From assembly GCA_017499595.2 (NCBI GenBank), contig CM039005.1, positions 1,240,001-1,304,000 of the forward strand: a stretch of 64,000 bases of DNA. The letters run 5' to 3'. The position numbers and the translations under genes are program-made. The notes under the pieces are model-generated. The model was not told the DNA's origin, searched no databases, and saw nothing but the letters and a program-made list of their open reading frames with translations. This DNA is from Psilocybe cubensis. Taxonomy: Eukaryota. Shown in pieces: positions 26,148 through 41,890 of the stretch (position 1 is the first letter of the stretch; each line of letters starts with the position of its first letter).

Positions 26148-29100
26148 ATGGTCGAAATGGAACATCCGACATTAACATGGCAAGCAATGCAAGAAGGCAA
26201 TGTCTTCTACAGACGCCAACAGTGCTACTCAACTCCGGATAAGTTACCAGAGTTAGGCGACTACATAATTGCAGGGTGTAGGTATGGAGGGCCTATAGGT
26301 GTGTAAATTACTTACAATGCGAAGAGGAATGCTAATACCGCAAGTTAGCGCTTATGCGTGACAATACAAAGCTCACTGCCCTTGGACGCTCAACCCCAGC
26401 CGTGTCGAAATCTCAGATCCAAATATATTCTCCTGCCGGGGAAAGCTTGCTTACCTTTAGTGTGGATGATTGATTTAACCTGAGAAAGTATGTGTTTTAA
26501 CTAACGTTCTGTGCAGTGGGACCAGGGCCGAATTATACGATTCGGATGGACAATAGAGGAGAAGTTGGCGGTCTTGAATGAAGAAGGCGTTTATCGACTT
26601 TATGACTTACAAGGAGACTACGAACAATTTTCTTTAGGCTCTGAGGCCGCAGAGCTTGGAATCGTTGATGCGAGAATTCATGACAATGGCCTTGTCGCGT
26701 TGACCAGCACACTTACTTTGCTTGAAGTGAAAGGATGGGAAGGCGTTCGGCCATTGACCCTTGCAAATCCAGGTATATATTCTTCATAGTTACTGTCTAT
26801 ATAATCTCAACATTAGACCGACAGGCCTCAGCGAGCCACCACATTCATGGGCAGTTATTCCCCCCGACTTAAATATATCCAGACATGTCGAAGTTCTCCT
26901 ATCGGTCGATGCCACAATACATACGGTCGACAATCTAGAAAGCGTGGATCAACGACTTTCACGAGGACCCTTCACCCATGTCTCACCATCGCCAAACGGG
27001 AAGTCATTGGCTTTGCTGACTTTCAATGGAACACTATGGGTCGTTTCGGCTGATTTTCAACGAAATATGGCTGAATTCGACACTTCCACTGTAGTAGGAG
27101 CTGAAGGACCCGTTCGTCAAGTCGAATGGTGCGGCAATGACGCGATCTTAGTAACGTGGCATTCTTTAGCTGTTCTTGTTGGACCATACGGTGATACTTT
27201 GCAGTAAGCGAATTGAAAATTTGGTCCGCAGAATAGTTAATGGATCTGGTATCTAGTTACCCCTACTACGGATCCACTTTTGCTATCACAGAAATGGATG
27301 GAGTTCGCGTTATAGGTCAAGAAGTATGCGATCTGATCCAAAAAGTCCCAGGTGTGTGCTCGTTTTATGTATTATTAAAGGATTCCCTTTCTAATTCTTT
27401 CCTGGATTCGTAACCAGCTTCCAGCCTTTCAATATTCCGCCCTGGGTCTACCTCAGCCTCCGCGATTCTTTTTGATGCTTGGGAAAGTTTCAATAAAAAA
27501 TCCCCGAAGGCGGATGAAAACATCCGGAGCATTAAACCTGAACTTGCGAAAGCAGTAAATGAATGCATTGATGCTGCTGGACAGGAATGGGAACCTTATT
27601 GGCAACGTCGACTTTTAAATGTTGGTGATATCATCCATCGAAGCACATGTATTTTTTAATCGTGCATTTGACTTAACAGGCTGCCAAATTCGGACGTAGC
27701 TTCCTGGACTTCCATAATCCGACCGACTTCGTGCAGATGGGTCAGACGTTGAAAGTCCTCAATGCGGTGCGATTCTATGAAGTTGGTATTCCCCTCACTT
27801 ATACCCAGTGAGCAGTTTCCCGTATATCTCGTAGGCTTTACTGATATCAATACAGATACAACTATGCTTCTCCTTCCCGCCTGATCACTCGGCTAACGTC
27901 GCGCAACATGCATCTCCTTGCCCTTCGAATATCGGCATTTTTAGGACTCAAACCTGACGCTGTATTGAAACATTGGGCATGTGCCAAAATTCTCAAATCT
28001 CGTCCAACTACTACAGGGACAGGAAAGGACGCTGAACTTTCGGGCGACGATGATGTTTGTCGCACGATCGTAGAGAAATTTGAAGAATTGGGTGGCTCAG
28101 ATGTTAGTTACGCTGACATTGCAAAGAAAGCATGGGAAGTCGGTCGTGGAGGCCTGGCCACGAAGGTATGGCCCTCACCCTCTTGACTGATCGAACTGAA
28201 CTGACCGGTGTTTGTTAGCTTTTGGATCATGAACCGAAAGGCTCTGATCAAGTGCCACTCCTACTAGCTATGAAAGAAGACAGGCTTGCCCTTGTCAAGG
28301 CAGTCGATAGCGGGGATACTGATCTCGGTAACTTGGATTTCAATCCACGGCATCCCATTCTGAGAAACTCACTGTTTACACTCTAGTATACCATGTTCTA
28401 CTGCATCTTCACAAGAGACTACCGCTAGGATCATTTTTCCGCTTGCTCGAAGACGGCGGAAAAACTCTGGCCCCCGCAACCAAGCTCTTGGAAGTTTATG
28501 CACGCGAGCAAAATAGAGAGATGTTACGGGATTTCTATTACTCTGACGACCGTCGCGTCGAGAGCGCTGTTCTTTCTCTGGATGAGGCATCCCGTATGCA
28601 GGTTGGTCCTATTTTTTCATTATTGCTGTTCCATGTATAACTCACACATCTATTCATGTCTTAGGATCAATCATCCAAAATTGCCGCTGTGAAGACCGCT
28701 CAGAAATTCTTTTCTGAAGACAAGGATCGTTCTTTCGAAGCAAAGGTGTGCCTCGATTTTGTTTTGTTGTACAACTATAACTAAAATATCTACCCAAGGT
28801 TACAGATGAATATTCACGCCTTCTCACAATACAGCAACAGCTAGAAGGCGAAGCTGATGGGAAAATCAAGTTTTTTGGATCAAGTTTAGATGAAACCATC
28901 CGGCTTTGTATAGTAAACGGATTCTCAAAACGCGCAGACAAGCTAAAATCGGACTTCAAAGTCCCAGACAAACGGTTAGTGGTTCTGAAAGAAGTTGATC
29001 AAGAGCAATCATAACTCCGTTTTTGACCGTAGATTTTGGTATATCAAGTTATATGGTCTTACAGAATCACGGGACTTTGAAGGGTTAGAAACATTTGCGA

Positions 29101-29414
29101 AGTCGAAAAGAAGTCCCATTGGTTACGAGGCATTCGTTCGTCATCTGGTCGAAAAAGGATATCAGAAAGAGGCCATTACTTATGTTGCAAGATGTGATCC
29201 GCCGAAGCGGGCCGATCTCTACATAGAATGTGGTGAATGGAGGATGGCAGGGAAAGAGTGCAAGGATCGTAATGATAAAGCCAAACTAGAGTGAGTGCGT
29301 TTTGACTGACATTATGAAGTAAATTTTAATGCTTTCACTAGTGACTTAAGGAAACGAGCACCTAATTCACTGATACAGCGAGAATTGGATCAAATTGCTA
29401 CTAACATGAAGTAG
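26148..29414 (+). CDS. VPS16: HOPS/CORVET subunit Vps16
   Basis: N-terminus [94 protein letters not shown]; stop TAG at 29412-29414. Confidence 0.95.
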
Positions 29415-31499
29415 ATCCTAACACCTGTCGTAAATTTACCCTCTTCGTTAGAAGAATATACCTTGCTACTACCAACTGCCACTTTGCGACCAAACCCCGC
29501 ATGTACGGTATGTAGTCCGATTGAAATGGCGATTTCTTGATAATTTCCTCTGCTTTCCTTTGCCGAATCGTTTGACTTCCTTGGTCATGGGCGTACTACA
29601 AGACAGACATAATTATTAATGGTTATATGACATTGAAATTCGAGGAAGCGTAGCTTGGCATTTCATTCTTTTTAAATCTTAGCTGATGTATTCACTGCAA
29701 TCACATCGGTTCTTATTTCGCCGATGATTGCGGCTGATATCATCTAGATTTTACACACCATATACGCATATGGAGGCCAGGAGGTTGAAAATAATATAAC
29801 TTTCAAGTTATAGTTATAATGGATTTAATTGCTTGGCCTAGTCCGGAGTGGCCATCGATGGTTCTGAAATATTTTAAACCTTGCGCCATGACTGCATTGG
29901 CTGCTATAAGTCCGATCTATGCTATTCTCCCTCGAGCATGAAGCTCTACGTGCAACTGTAGAGATCCATCAAAAAGCTATATATATACATTTTCGGGAGT
30001 CATTGAGAAGAAACCTGATCTGGCCAATTAGGATGCGTGGGTCCATCACCGCCTCTCAAGATCTAAGCAGTCAGTATGCTTGTAAGCGTTTTATGCTCAC
30101 TGTCAGCGAGTCGATCGCCACGTTTCGCTGTTTGCAGGTATCTTGTAAACGACATTGCTCCACCCAACTCCAAAATTTCAAGCAAGCAAACATTCGAGCG
30201 CTGTGTTTATCGTTCTCGTAAGGTCTGAGGTCATATCCAGGGTCCTAGAAACGCTTTCAGAGTTTCTGACGAAGGAAGCCTCTTTCCATCACATTGATAG
30301 GTACCTGGTCTACATCAAAGGCCCAGCGTTCATGCAAGAAGCTAGGGTCGCGGCATGATGGAAAATAGGTGAATCTCTAAAATGACCGATTCTGGCGGTG
30401 AGTGTATGTGTAGGTGACACTAGGTGTGTAAATGACTCAAGAGTACTTGACAACGATGTATGGTCAGGTCCTATCTTGCACCACGGTCCAAAAATGACAA
30501 GTCATATCACTCTTCAGAGCGGTAAGATGTGACCGCTCTATTCTTTGATACCTCTATTTTTCGAGAGTGCTTTCGTTCTTGTACCTAAGATGATAGATCA
30601 CAGATTTTAGGACATTTCGAATGCTGGATTGAAAATAATGAAATCACGTCCTATAAATTTGGCTGATAATCAAAAATGTTGAATGAAGAGCACATAAGAC
30701 GCTCGAAATATTAGATGCGATTGTATCAAACTACTTTGTACAGTCATTCAAGATCTATGCAGACAGCGTGAATATTTTTTGAATACGATGCTGTCCCCCA
30801 CTCACAGTTCAACACATTGGTGTGTGAAGCCAGCTTTTGAATGCCTCCTCGACTTTTCCCACTCGGAAAAGCGCAGCCTGTCAAAACAAGGACTCGACGT
30901 CGAGGCATGCCCATTTGGTACTGAGGTTTTCAGGATTTGATTCACAGCGATAACATACGCACAAATCTCACAACGCGCAGTGTATCACAGGATAACTTTC
31001 CCTAAATTCCCTCAGCGTAGGCGTGCTATTTTTAATACCAGAACCAAGGGGACGAGAATACGATAGCATATGTATGCGAACTTAAAAAAAGATTGCACGA
31101 TTTTCCTGTTGCGAGTCAATAATTCAACTTTCAAGATTGTCAACGTCATCTCCATTGGAGCCGCCCAGCTATGATTCAGATCGTGCAGGCCCAAGTGTGA
31201 CCAGCATCCATTCGCGTTCATGGAAACGCCGAAGAAATTCTCTCTCTCAGGTGACAATGTTAATGTCCGCTGGTGACCCTGGAACGTCCGTTGAGCTGTG
31301 AGCCTGTGCGTTCTGAAAGGCCCGTCAAACTCCTCACTCAGCTGGTCAGCTCATGAGTGCATTTTATGCTATTTATTTCCGTAATTCTTTTCTGATCTGA
31401 TGGATTGTCCTCTGGGGTTGGGGTAAAGTCTCGACAGACACAACTTTGTCATCTGGTGATTTCCGAAGTGTGTTTCGTCCATGGGGCTGGCAGTGGTAC

Positions 31500-32606
31500 A
31501 ACATTGGGCATCCTGGGTTTGTAGGCGCTCTTGGACGTAATAGCACCAGTCGATTTGAATTGGCGGTTACTTAGGCAAGTCGAAAAGCCGACCGATGCCA
31601 TTGACTATGTAACGGCAAGCTGGTCACCAATTCCCGCGAAGTCAGGTAAACTATTGGCAAACCCTGGCGTGGCGAAAATACAACGTCTCTCATTCCTGAT
31701 TCACCTAACGCCTGCTCCTGACGCGCCAACGCCCTGACGTAGGGACTACCTATCAAAAGGCATTAACATAAGCCACACCACGAGAGGGCATTACCGTTTC
31801 CTCTACGTAATCTGCGGCGCTGAAACCACATCTTTCTGTCCGTCTCCATAACCGCCAATCCATGGGTACTAGGGACAGCAATCACGACCTTCGTGCATAT
31901 GGTTGTCCTAGGTCGTGATAAGATTCGAGGGCAATCCTACGAGACCGTACACGAGTATCCGGGCTAGAAGCTCGCCTCTGCGAGGTTGTCATCTAGACAT
32001 CATTCAACCCCGGAAAATTTGGAACTGATAGTGCTGGGACGGTTAGCAAGCGGCTATGGAATTGCGATATCACACATGGTGCGCGTGAATTATGAGCATG
32101 GATTGTTGGCATTGAATTGGATGGGATAATCAAGATTGGATCATATAAGAGGTTCTGTTTCGCGGCACACGAAGTCGTCAGTATTTTAGTTTTTGAAAAA
32201 TTGATGAATGAATTGAAGAAGGGGTCCCACAAACAGACGAAGGAAAATTCGACCTGTCGTGAGAGGACGAGTGTTCCTTGCTCCCAGTAGCTTCACGTTT
32301 CGACAGCTGGTTTAGACTAATCAATCAAATAAGAACGACGCCAATTTTATTGATAGGCCTGAAGTCGATTTTCCTTTGATATCGCAAGGCCTCTTGTACA
32401 TGGAATCTGAAGTCCAAGGTTTCATCGGAAACGCCATGACTGCAGAGTTGAGATGGAAACACTTGACGAAGACGCCACAATTCACAACGTTGATTGACCA
32501 AAGGACATCTAGGAATCTTGAGGGGGACAAAGCTGGCGCAATAGAAAGAATATTAGTCAAATGGACCAATGTTCAAGTAAATCCACGTACGTTCGTGTTA
32601 TATTAA
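31500..32606 (+). pseudogene. Possible degraded hypothetical gene
   Basis: Protein-like segments (e.g. the 32376-32606 ORF) broken by stops and frameshifts; no family motif recognised. Confidence 0.2.
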
Positions 32607-32719
32607 AGGTATATTATCAGCATTTACACGTTGTAAAACCTGATCTTTGGTTAGTCTGGTGACAAAAATAATCTCCCAAAGACGCACTATTGGGTATGTA
32701 TCCCTATTTTCAACTGCTA

Positions 32720-33768
32720 TCAACTTTTAATATCCTCTTTCGGCGCCTTAGCCTTCCTTTCCTCCAGCCTCTTCAGTAGCACCCCCGTACAGCTCTCCAG
32801 GCTCTGTGCTTCTTCCAGCGTCGCATCTGCCGAGCCACCCCAGCGAATCTTGAGATTCTCGTCAATTAAATACACATATCCGACTTTACTATTCGTCATC
32901 CCCAGCGGGTCGCGAACATACTCCATATTCTGGCTGGAGACAAGGTATGTAGGCTGGAGATGGGCAGGGACTGACGAGCGCAAGGAGCTGGAGAACAGCT
33001 TGACAAGGAACGACTTGAGCAAGTTTTCTTGGAGATTGATTTGTACATATTGGTACAAAGGGTTGTCCTGATATCGGGCATTTGTGCTGTAGGCGAAAGA
33101 CCTAGCGTGGGCCTAAGGAAATGGTTGTTTACAGAAGTCACTGCAAAGGCGCTACGCATATACACACCTCGGATATGTTTGTGCCGAGCATAGCGAGCAC
33201 GGTAATTTTGCCGTAGCACAAGGTGGTGGTGTCCTTCTTTGTGCCATCGTTTAGAGCGGACCCAGAGACGTTGGGGAGGTAAAGGGCTTTCTGGCAATGC
33301 AAATCAGACTCGGAAGGTATGTTTTGAAGCGGGCATACGGACATCTTCGCGGATGAGAACCTTTGGCGCGATCCAAGTCTTTCCCCCGTGTCTTCGCGTC
33401 ATATTTAGATCGTGAAAGTACCCTTTTCCTACTTCCTTGATTCTATCGTATGTCAGCTCGATGGTCGTTTGGAGAATTCATTTCGAGTTAACTGACAAAT
33501 GTCTTCGTTGGGCCATCAGGGCTTCGGTGTCCATCAGACTTTTCACTCTGTCCATGCGCGATACGGGCACCGTCGTTGGTCGCTGCCTGACACCTAGTGG
33601 CCGGTTTAGCGGCGGTAATGGCTGGTCGCTGCGCGGTGGGTCATTGAGATTTGGCAAAGGTTGCGTAGCTGGCTTTTGCTTCTCTTTCAACAAAGACTGG
33701 GAGATATGTATTGTCCTGCTGAAGCGCGGCTGTCTGGCCAACAAAGAAAAGCGTAGTGGGAGGGCCAT
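32720..33768 (-). CDS. ATP10: Mitochondrial ATP synthase assembly factor Atp10
   Basis: Mitochondrial presequence MALPLRFSLLARQPRFSR, LNRPLGV..RP, GYFHDL..TRRHGGKTWIAP, ALYLPN, VQINLQENLLKSFLV, GMTNSKVGYVYLIDENLKIRWGG. Confidence 0.9.
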
Positions 33769-33957
33769 TTCAGGAGCAATGGCGTTGGCCTCCGAGAATC
33801 GAGAACAGGTCACGGCAATTTTTGGTGACGCGCTGCCGATCACGTGCGAGGCATATATAGACGCGTTTCGTGACTTTGTTGAGCATCTTTCCACCTTGAA
33901 CTGCAACCACCACCATCCACCCAAGCCTCCCACCTCTTTCACAACTAATCTATCGAC
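33769..33957. promoter_or_regulatory. Short bidirectional promoter between ATP10 and H2A
   Basis: ~190 bp between divergent ATGs. Contains CACGTG (33841-33846), a TATA-like TATATA (~33854) and an MCB-like ACGCGT (33861-33866). Confidence 0.5.
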
Positions 33958-34720
<763 letters not shown>

Positions 34721-35234
34721 TCTCTTTCATACTAGTATCTGTTGTAATTCAATTATTCTGTATTTTTGGCACCCCCCTTTGTTGCCTGTAGCTTTGTGGC
34801 ATTAAACAAGCAATGTAATATACTCGCCTTTACACCTCATCAGACTTGGTTGCGATGATGTGGAAATGAGTCATCTTGGTTCCGCAATTGTTCAGATTGA
34901 AAAGCTAGTTGGACAACTTTTGAGAGAATTAAGAGAGATATGTTATAATGAGTGGCCAAATAAAGTGCCGTCATTAGCATTCTCTCGGTTTTGTTCTTGG
35001 CGTTTTAGGTCCAATTCGCAAACCACCCAATCTATCTTTCCAACCAGCTCCACCTTCCATCCTTCGCGCTCTCTGCGCTGGCATAGCTTCATTGGCTATC
35101 TGCCCCTTCAACTAGGCCTTTTTGCGTAGCATTCAAGTGCCCGCCATTGACTGTATTGTTCAACACTTCTTGTGCGACATCTCTTGTTGTCCGCCTTGTT
35201 CTCCTCCACCACCTAGCTTGCGGAGGTAGCCAAC

Positions 35235-37125
35235 ATGCGCTGGCCAGCACCGCTCGACAAGCGGGAGACCCTCTTGATATGTCTGTCAATTACGGTCTAT
35301 TTCCTTGCATATAACATCGACACGTCGATGCGGATACTGGGGATCGACCCCGCTACGACCCATGGCGCTCTGAATCGGCTCGGATGGGTCGGGACGAAGG
35401 AGATAGGGAGAGACGGGCGCAAGCCAGAAGGATGGCGAGACGCCTTGGAGAACAACATCTACGGCGACTGGACATGGAGCCGTGGGCATATTGCAGGAGA
35501 TGGGGCGGAGAGGAGTCAGCCGGTGGGCACAGGACGCCACGGTGCGACTTGGACAGCGCGCGAGCCTGAACTCATCAACGCCGCCACTTCGTACAGCGAC
35601 GCCAGTGTTAACGACGCCCTGACGAAATGGGGCATCAACCTCCCGCAGACGCGAGTGATCAAACACACAGCGGGTATGTGTTTTGCTCAAATTTTCACAA
35701 GGACAGCCCGTATTCATTAAGTGTGCTCTATTTTCTAGGCTACACCATCCTCGAAAACGCCTACGTCTTTGACGGGACTGTTTACTTGATTACAGATAAC
35801 CCAGGATCCTTACCTCCTATCTCAGACATTGTCGAGTCTGTTGGAAATGGATTCGGCCGATGGAAGACGCTAACATCAGAACAAGCTCAGACCGTAATGG
35901 GCACCTACGGTTCATTGTATGTCTCTACCCTCATCGCTATCGTGCGCCTCTAACCATCTAACAAAACGCAGCATCCGAGGGGTCTCATGGATGTCTGCCG
36001 ACTCCCATTACGGTCCGTAATATCTCTCATTCCCAACTTCAAACGTCAAGTCAAAATCTGACACTCGTGTAACTGCAGACAACTCCACCCTATTCGCTCT
36101 CTGGCGCACATACAGCTCGCTCGACGAATCCATCGATGAAAGAGGGAACACCCTCCTCCCCCCGCCGCGCCGGCTCATGTTCCCACACAACCGCTTCTTC
36201 ACTGACGCCAACCCCGACTTCTCACAGCACTGGCTCCGCCGCGTGCGCGCGGACACCGGCTTCCACCCGTACCTCGCCAAAGTCGCGCTGCCGCAGCTGA
36301 CGGTCGAGTACTACGAGGACTGGGAGGACTACCAGAAAATCGGGATCCCATTTGTGTACGAGCGCCTCGTCGTTGCGGACCGCCGTGCCGCTGAGGAGAA
36401 CGTAGAGGAGGGCTGGCCGGCGTATGCGTCTGCGTTTGACCTCGACGCGTCGGAGTACTGGTGGGAGCCTGTGCGCAAGAACGTGGCGCAGTTTTTGGGC
36501 GAGTATGATGTGAAGCCAGGGGCGAAGAAGGTTATCACATATCTGCACACCCAGTCCGATTCTGGTGCGAAACTATCGAGGGCGAACCATGATGCGCTCA
36601 TAAAGGCGTTGCAGTCAATGTCTGATCGACAGGGATACGAGCTGAGTGTAGTATCGACACTAACGTCGGACACGGATTGGGCGGATCGGATGAGGGCTAT
36701 TGTGAAATCATCGGTGAGCATCCTAGAAAGTGGATGGTATATGCACAAGCGGATGATCTGACCGCGGTCATTGATATTTTCCAGATAATTATCAGTGTAC
36801 ACGGAGAGCACTTGATGGACAGCGTGTTCATGCGACCAACACCGCCTTCAACACTGTTTGAACTCTTCCCACCCAACAAGTTCGAGCGCGATCGCGAGTA
36901 CGCGATCCAAGCTCTCAACCTGCGGTACATCGCCTGGCAGGGCAGCAAGTGCGTATTTTTTCACTTTTTCCAACCCCTTGAATGATTGGTGAAGTTCTTA
37001 TTAATGAAAATCTTCGTAGATCGTTTGAAGGAGAAGATTTGCCTGCATACTCGCCACCGTCAGACGAGGAAGTTCCAGTGGACGTCACCTCGCTGGTACT
37101 CGCCGTCCAAAAGGCTCTGTCATAG
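35235..37125 (+). CDS. CAP64/CAS3-like, GT61(DUF563)-related type II membrane protein
   Basis: N-terminal TM, GYTILENAYVFDGTVYLITDNP, RRLMFPH, VYERLVVADR, VITYLHTQ, a degenerate GT61-like motif ISVHGEHLMDSVFM, LFELFP..F.RD.E; stop at 37123-37125. Confidence 0.7.
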
Positions 37126-37893
37126 TGCTCATAGGGCGGGCGCCTTGATGACACGAGATACGCCACCGTCTCATCACCCCCGTTTCTTGCGCATTATGAT
37201 TCGACTCGGACTGATTGAATGCGTGTTCTTTGGCTTGGTCGATCTTCCTATTTACGCATGCGTTTATACCTCGCTTCATACCTACCTATCTACGAAGGCA
37301 CATAATATCTCAACGACAATCCCAAATCCTGCCTCGCCGCTCCTTTGTATCGTTTCGCGTGAGAGAGAAGGAAGAGAGGAAGAAAAAGTAATAGTTGGAA
37401 GCTCCAGGAGAAGAAAGGGGGAAGGAGAATAATGCTGGACAAATAAACCATACATATATCCGTACTCGGTTGGAAGAAAAATTTTCGGACGGCGACTACG
37501 ATGGAGGGTACCGGTATACCGAGCGGAAGGCGCATCACCATTACATATTGTCCTTATATTTATCATTTTTTTTACACCAGGGAGAATACATACATACGTA
37601 CATATGGTCATTTATATTTATTTTATGCACACTTTTCCGTCGTTTTGTCTCTTCTAATGGGAATGTTTTCTGTATTTTGGGATTGACGGACGTTTTGTTG
37701 TTTGTTTGTTCGCCCTTTTCTTTTCTTTAATGGATTGCATACATAGATAGTTAGATAGAATACATACATACATTTCCTTTGCTACTATACATACAGATGT
37801 CTTCCGAGCCACTGGGTAAGCTGTAATACAAAGTCCTTGTACAGGCTATCGCGTCTGAGCGTCCTATAAATGTACACCCACCAATCTTCTCTA

Positions 37894-40800
37894 TCACCAA
37901 AATCGACCAAACACACTTGCCCTCCCCACACCACCCTCGCCCAAAAACATCCCAACCCCCTCCTGTATCGCCACACTCACAGGGCGCATCGGCGCCGAAT
38001 CAAACACGTGCGGACACGGCTGCGGCAGCGGTCTTGTCGCCATACCACCACCACCACCACCACCACCGCTGCTACCACCACTAAAGGACTGCGGATTGGC
38101 CGGGTCAAATGAAAGGTCGCGTTCATAAATGGACGGCAGACGTGGAGACTCTGCGAGCGCGGTGTACTGCGGATCATCGAACGTTTTGCGCGCGGTGCGC
38201 AGGCGCGTCAGAATCTGCTCATAAAATGCGATTTCGCCGTCCAGATGGTCCGTCGCGACCGTCTTGAGATCCTCGACTTTCTGCGTGTGGTACACGTCCA
38301 TCTCCGCCATGGTGGTGTTGAGCACCGTTTCGCATCGGCCTGCCATATCTTCGTTTGCCTGTACCGGAAAAGTATATTAGAGTGTTTACAAAGAATAATA
38401 TGTTGGGTGGAAGGAATGGAAGGAGAAGGCTTACATATGTCAAAGCTGATTTATTCGATATGCCCACTGCTTCGCGGTAGCGCGATAAAGTCGACTTATG
38501 GGTCGTAATAACACTCTACAATTCCCATCACATGCATCAGAATCAACAACAACCACCCAACATCCAAAATCCCCCAAAAACGCATACCTCGTACAAAGAA
38601 GACGGATGCGCCATAAGCTTCAACGACTCATGCGTAGCCAGCTGCGTCCGTCGCGCCTAAGTAGCACACCATTAACACATTGAACGTCTCTTCATCAAGG
38701 ACAGACAGTAAAAAGCGGAGAGAAAACACATACGTGACCATCATACAAATTCGCCACGGTCTGCAGCGTCTCCGAAGTCTTTTGCACCGCCTTGGTCAAC
38801 TTCAAACAATCTGTATGAACCAGCAACCCAGTATAACGTAAGCCATGAATCTGAACGCGCACATATGTATACATAGTATCCAACTCGAAAGCAGACGACA
38901 AAAGCGCCATCGAGCAAACACACAACAATACACCACTCACCCGCACAATTTTCGCGCCAGCACCATGCGCCATCGCTATTATTCAGTCCTTTCATCTTCT
39001 CCGCCGCCGCCGCCGTCGTCGTCGAGTGCCCGCTCGCGTCTTCCTCGTCGCGTGTTGTACCTGGGGCGCTGGACGCCGCCATCGGCTTCGACGTAATAAG
39101 CGAAAGCAACGAGTACGACAACAACCGCTCCGCTTTGGACATTTCTACCGTTGACCGAACCCTTCATCAGATTTCCGATTTGCCATAAAGAAAAGAAAAG
39201 AAGGAAGGAAGGAAAGAAAGAACAAACGGAAGAAAGAAAAAAAAAAGAAAAGGGACGGGTGAAAATGAAAAACTCAGAAACTTACCAATCCGCGCCTCTC
39301 TAATCCTTCCAAATACACTTCGGAGTCCCTGTACGCTTTTCCCGACTGCGCGCGCGTGGTTTTGGAATGCGTTGATGGCTTCTTCTGCGTCTTCCAAGTC
39401 GACGTTGAACGCGGGGTGGTACACGCGGGCGTAGAACGCAGGGCCAGCAGCGGGCGCTGATATATGCTGTGGCCAAAGTCTCGCCCACTCCTTCATTCCA
39501 AAACCAAAACAAAGAAAAAAAAAAAGAAAGAAAGAAAGAAACAACATGAGAAGAAACACTTAGAGGTAACGAAAAGACATACGCACACTATCATTATCGC
39601 ACCCCAAGAAAAACGTCAGAGCCTCAGCATATCGCACAACGGGGTGCCTGACGATCTTGGAGAGATAGCGCTCCAGATCGCCGCGGCGCGCTTCGACAAA
39701 GTCGTGGCTGAACCGCCCCGCGTACTGTTTCTCCGGCAGCGGGGGCAGCACGATGCCCGGCAGCCTGCGCGACAGCGCCGTGTGCAGCATCACAAAGTGC
39801 GAGAAGCGGCGCTGGACGGTGATGCGCGTCTTCCCGTCTCCTCCTACACCTGTAGACGCAGATGAAGATGCAGATATAGCGGTGGGCGACGGCGGGTGCA
39901 CGTCGTCCGGGTCCGGGACCTCGACCCACTCCGCAGCAGCAGCAGCCTGCGCAGGCGAGGGCGCAAAGATGGACGTGATACTGTACATCGTGTATGCGCC
40001 TGTAAGCCCCGAGGTGCGCTTGCTGGGTGAATGTACGAGGACGTTAAGCGGCGGCGTTTTCGCGTGCCATGCGGGGCCAGCAGGGCCTGCGTCGATGAGG
40101 TGCTTGTCCGCCTCCCCCAGCCCGAGAATCGCGAGCCGTGTGCGTTCCTCTTCGGACGCTTCGAAGAGCGAGGCGGATGTGTCTTCCTTTGCGTGCCCGG
40201 GTTTAGAGATCGGGGTGGGTTCGACTGTGGCTTCTGGGGTCGGACTGCCGTTGAGGAGGAAGGATTCGGCGCCGCTGGTTACGAAGCTTGAGAATCTGTT
40301 GAGCGATTTCCCACCGAGGAGGCTTTGTCGGAAGCTGGGAAAGTTGGGCAGCCACTCTCCAGTATGCTGAGGGATCAAGGGTGTCAGCGATCCCTGATGC
40401 GCTGACGATCGCGGCGAGCCCCGTGGTGTGATCGACGACCCAGACGCCTCGCGCCGTTTTGTGCGTTGCGCGACATCGACATCGACATCGAGCTGGATAT
40501 CAGGCGAAAGCGCAAGTTCAGTGGTCAGCTAAGTGCGATTCCAGGGTCCTCTTTGAGAACGAAAAGGGCTCATCAAACATCAAGTGCCTGCGCATCGAAG
40601 ACATACCGTGTAATAGGACTGCGGCAAGAGGCCGACCTCCCCCGTAGTGTCTTTCACGAGACTCCAGCCGTCGCCGACGTCTTCTTTTATGACCTCGAAC
40701 TCGTCGCCTGCTTCGACGCGCAGCTCGCGGAACTCGGGTTTGCCCTCGAATGCGTACAGCGCGCGTGCGGGACGCGTCATCATCTCCGGCTCGTCATCAT

Positions 40801-41023
40801 CATCATCTTCTTCCTCTGAGAGCGACGGTTTGGCGTCTGATTCGGACAGGTACCGCCGCGAGCGCGCCTTGGAGAGTGAGAGCGGCGAGGACGAGGCATT
40901 CTCGAGGTGTTCGGTCCAGGCCACGGATGTGTTGATGCCTGAGTCAAAATCAGAGACAGGGCGGTGAAATGAGGGATCTGCGGGCGCCGGTGGGTACTTT
41001 GTGGACCTAGGAAGAGTAGCCAT
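37894..41023 (-). CDS. SH3-PX-BAR sorting nexin (SNX9/18/33-like)
   Basis: SH3 (ARALYAFEGKPEFREL..GWSL..GLLPQSY), PX (VQRRFSHFVMLH..LPPLPEKQYAGRF..RRGDLERYL..HPV), then a helical BAR region (GAWCWRENC, RCETVLNTTMAEMDVYH). Confidence 0.88.
38045..38081. repeat. (ACC)n microsatellite encoding a poly-Gly tract in the sorting nexin
   Basis: accaccaccaccaccaccaccacc; reads GGGGGGGG on the minus strand. Confidence 0.85.
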
Positions 41024-41890
41024 GCTTAGTGAACTGAAAGGATCAGACTGATTGGATCAACAGCGTTCGATGAGTGTAGTAGACCCAGGCAAATGAGGAT
41101 ATATCGTTAGTATTTCATGGATGTGAACGAAAGAGACCTATTGTGGTCTTTGTCGTGGCTGGAGGGAGAACGTTGACAGTCGTCATACCCAGAAGTCTAA
41201 ATCGGGTAGGAGCTGCCAAGAGATGATAAGATCGATGCTGTCTAAATTTGCTATGTTTGTCGTTCAGAGTGTGAAGTCATCCTGGTTGGCGTTACAGGTA
41301 AAGTTTTCCTTCCGAATCCCGGAGAAAATCACGAAGCCACGAGAACATTCCCCGGTCGACGGTCGCTTTTTTGTGTTTCATGGTTGTGCTTCGAGTACAC
41401 GTATATGGCCGGCCAATATGTGTGCATGTAGTGTTGTCGGCGAGCGGCAGTTGAGCAGGCACATGTGTACCTTTCCGAAATGGCAATGTGAGAAAGCGGA
41501 CCCGGTGTTGTACTTGGCAACAACTCGCCTCTCTCTTTTTACCTAGCTCAATCCCTGCAGTCTTTTCTTGAATGTCTAGTTTATCGATGTCTGAAATAAA
41601 GGCCCTTCTTTACCGTCTTTGCTGTTCTAGTGCACCCCATCAAACTCCACAAACGCCCACAATGCTGAAATATGAACAGTCATTCCATTTCAGCACACCA
41701 AATTGCTTCCGGCGCGGGGCGGATAATCGTTCTGACAAAACTTTTATAACGTGAAAATGCGAGGTCGGACGGCCTCCAAGATCCTGCATGACCTCCACAC
41801 CATGCTTAAGTAGAGCCTTCATCTAGGAAGGCCCCATTTTTCACTTTCTCCTCTTTTTCCTTTTTGTATTTGTCCTATAGCTGCATTCTC

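Noticed and set aside
39464-40967. Long plus-strand ORFs antisense to the sorting nexin
   Set aside because: Explained by GC-rich codon usage of the minus-strand gene.
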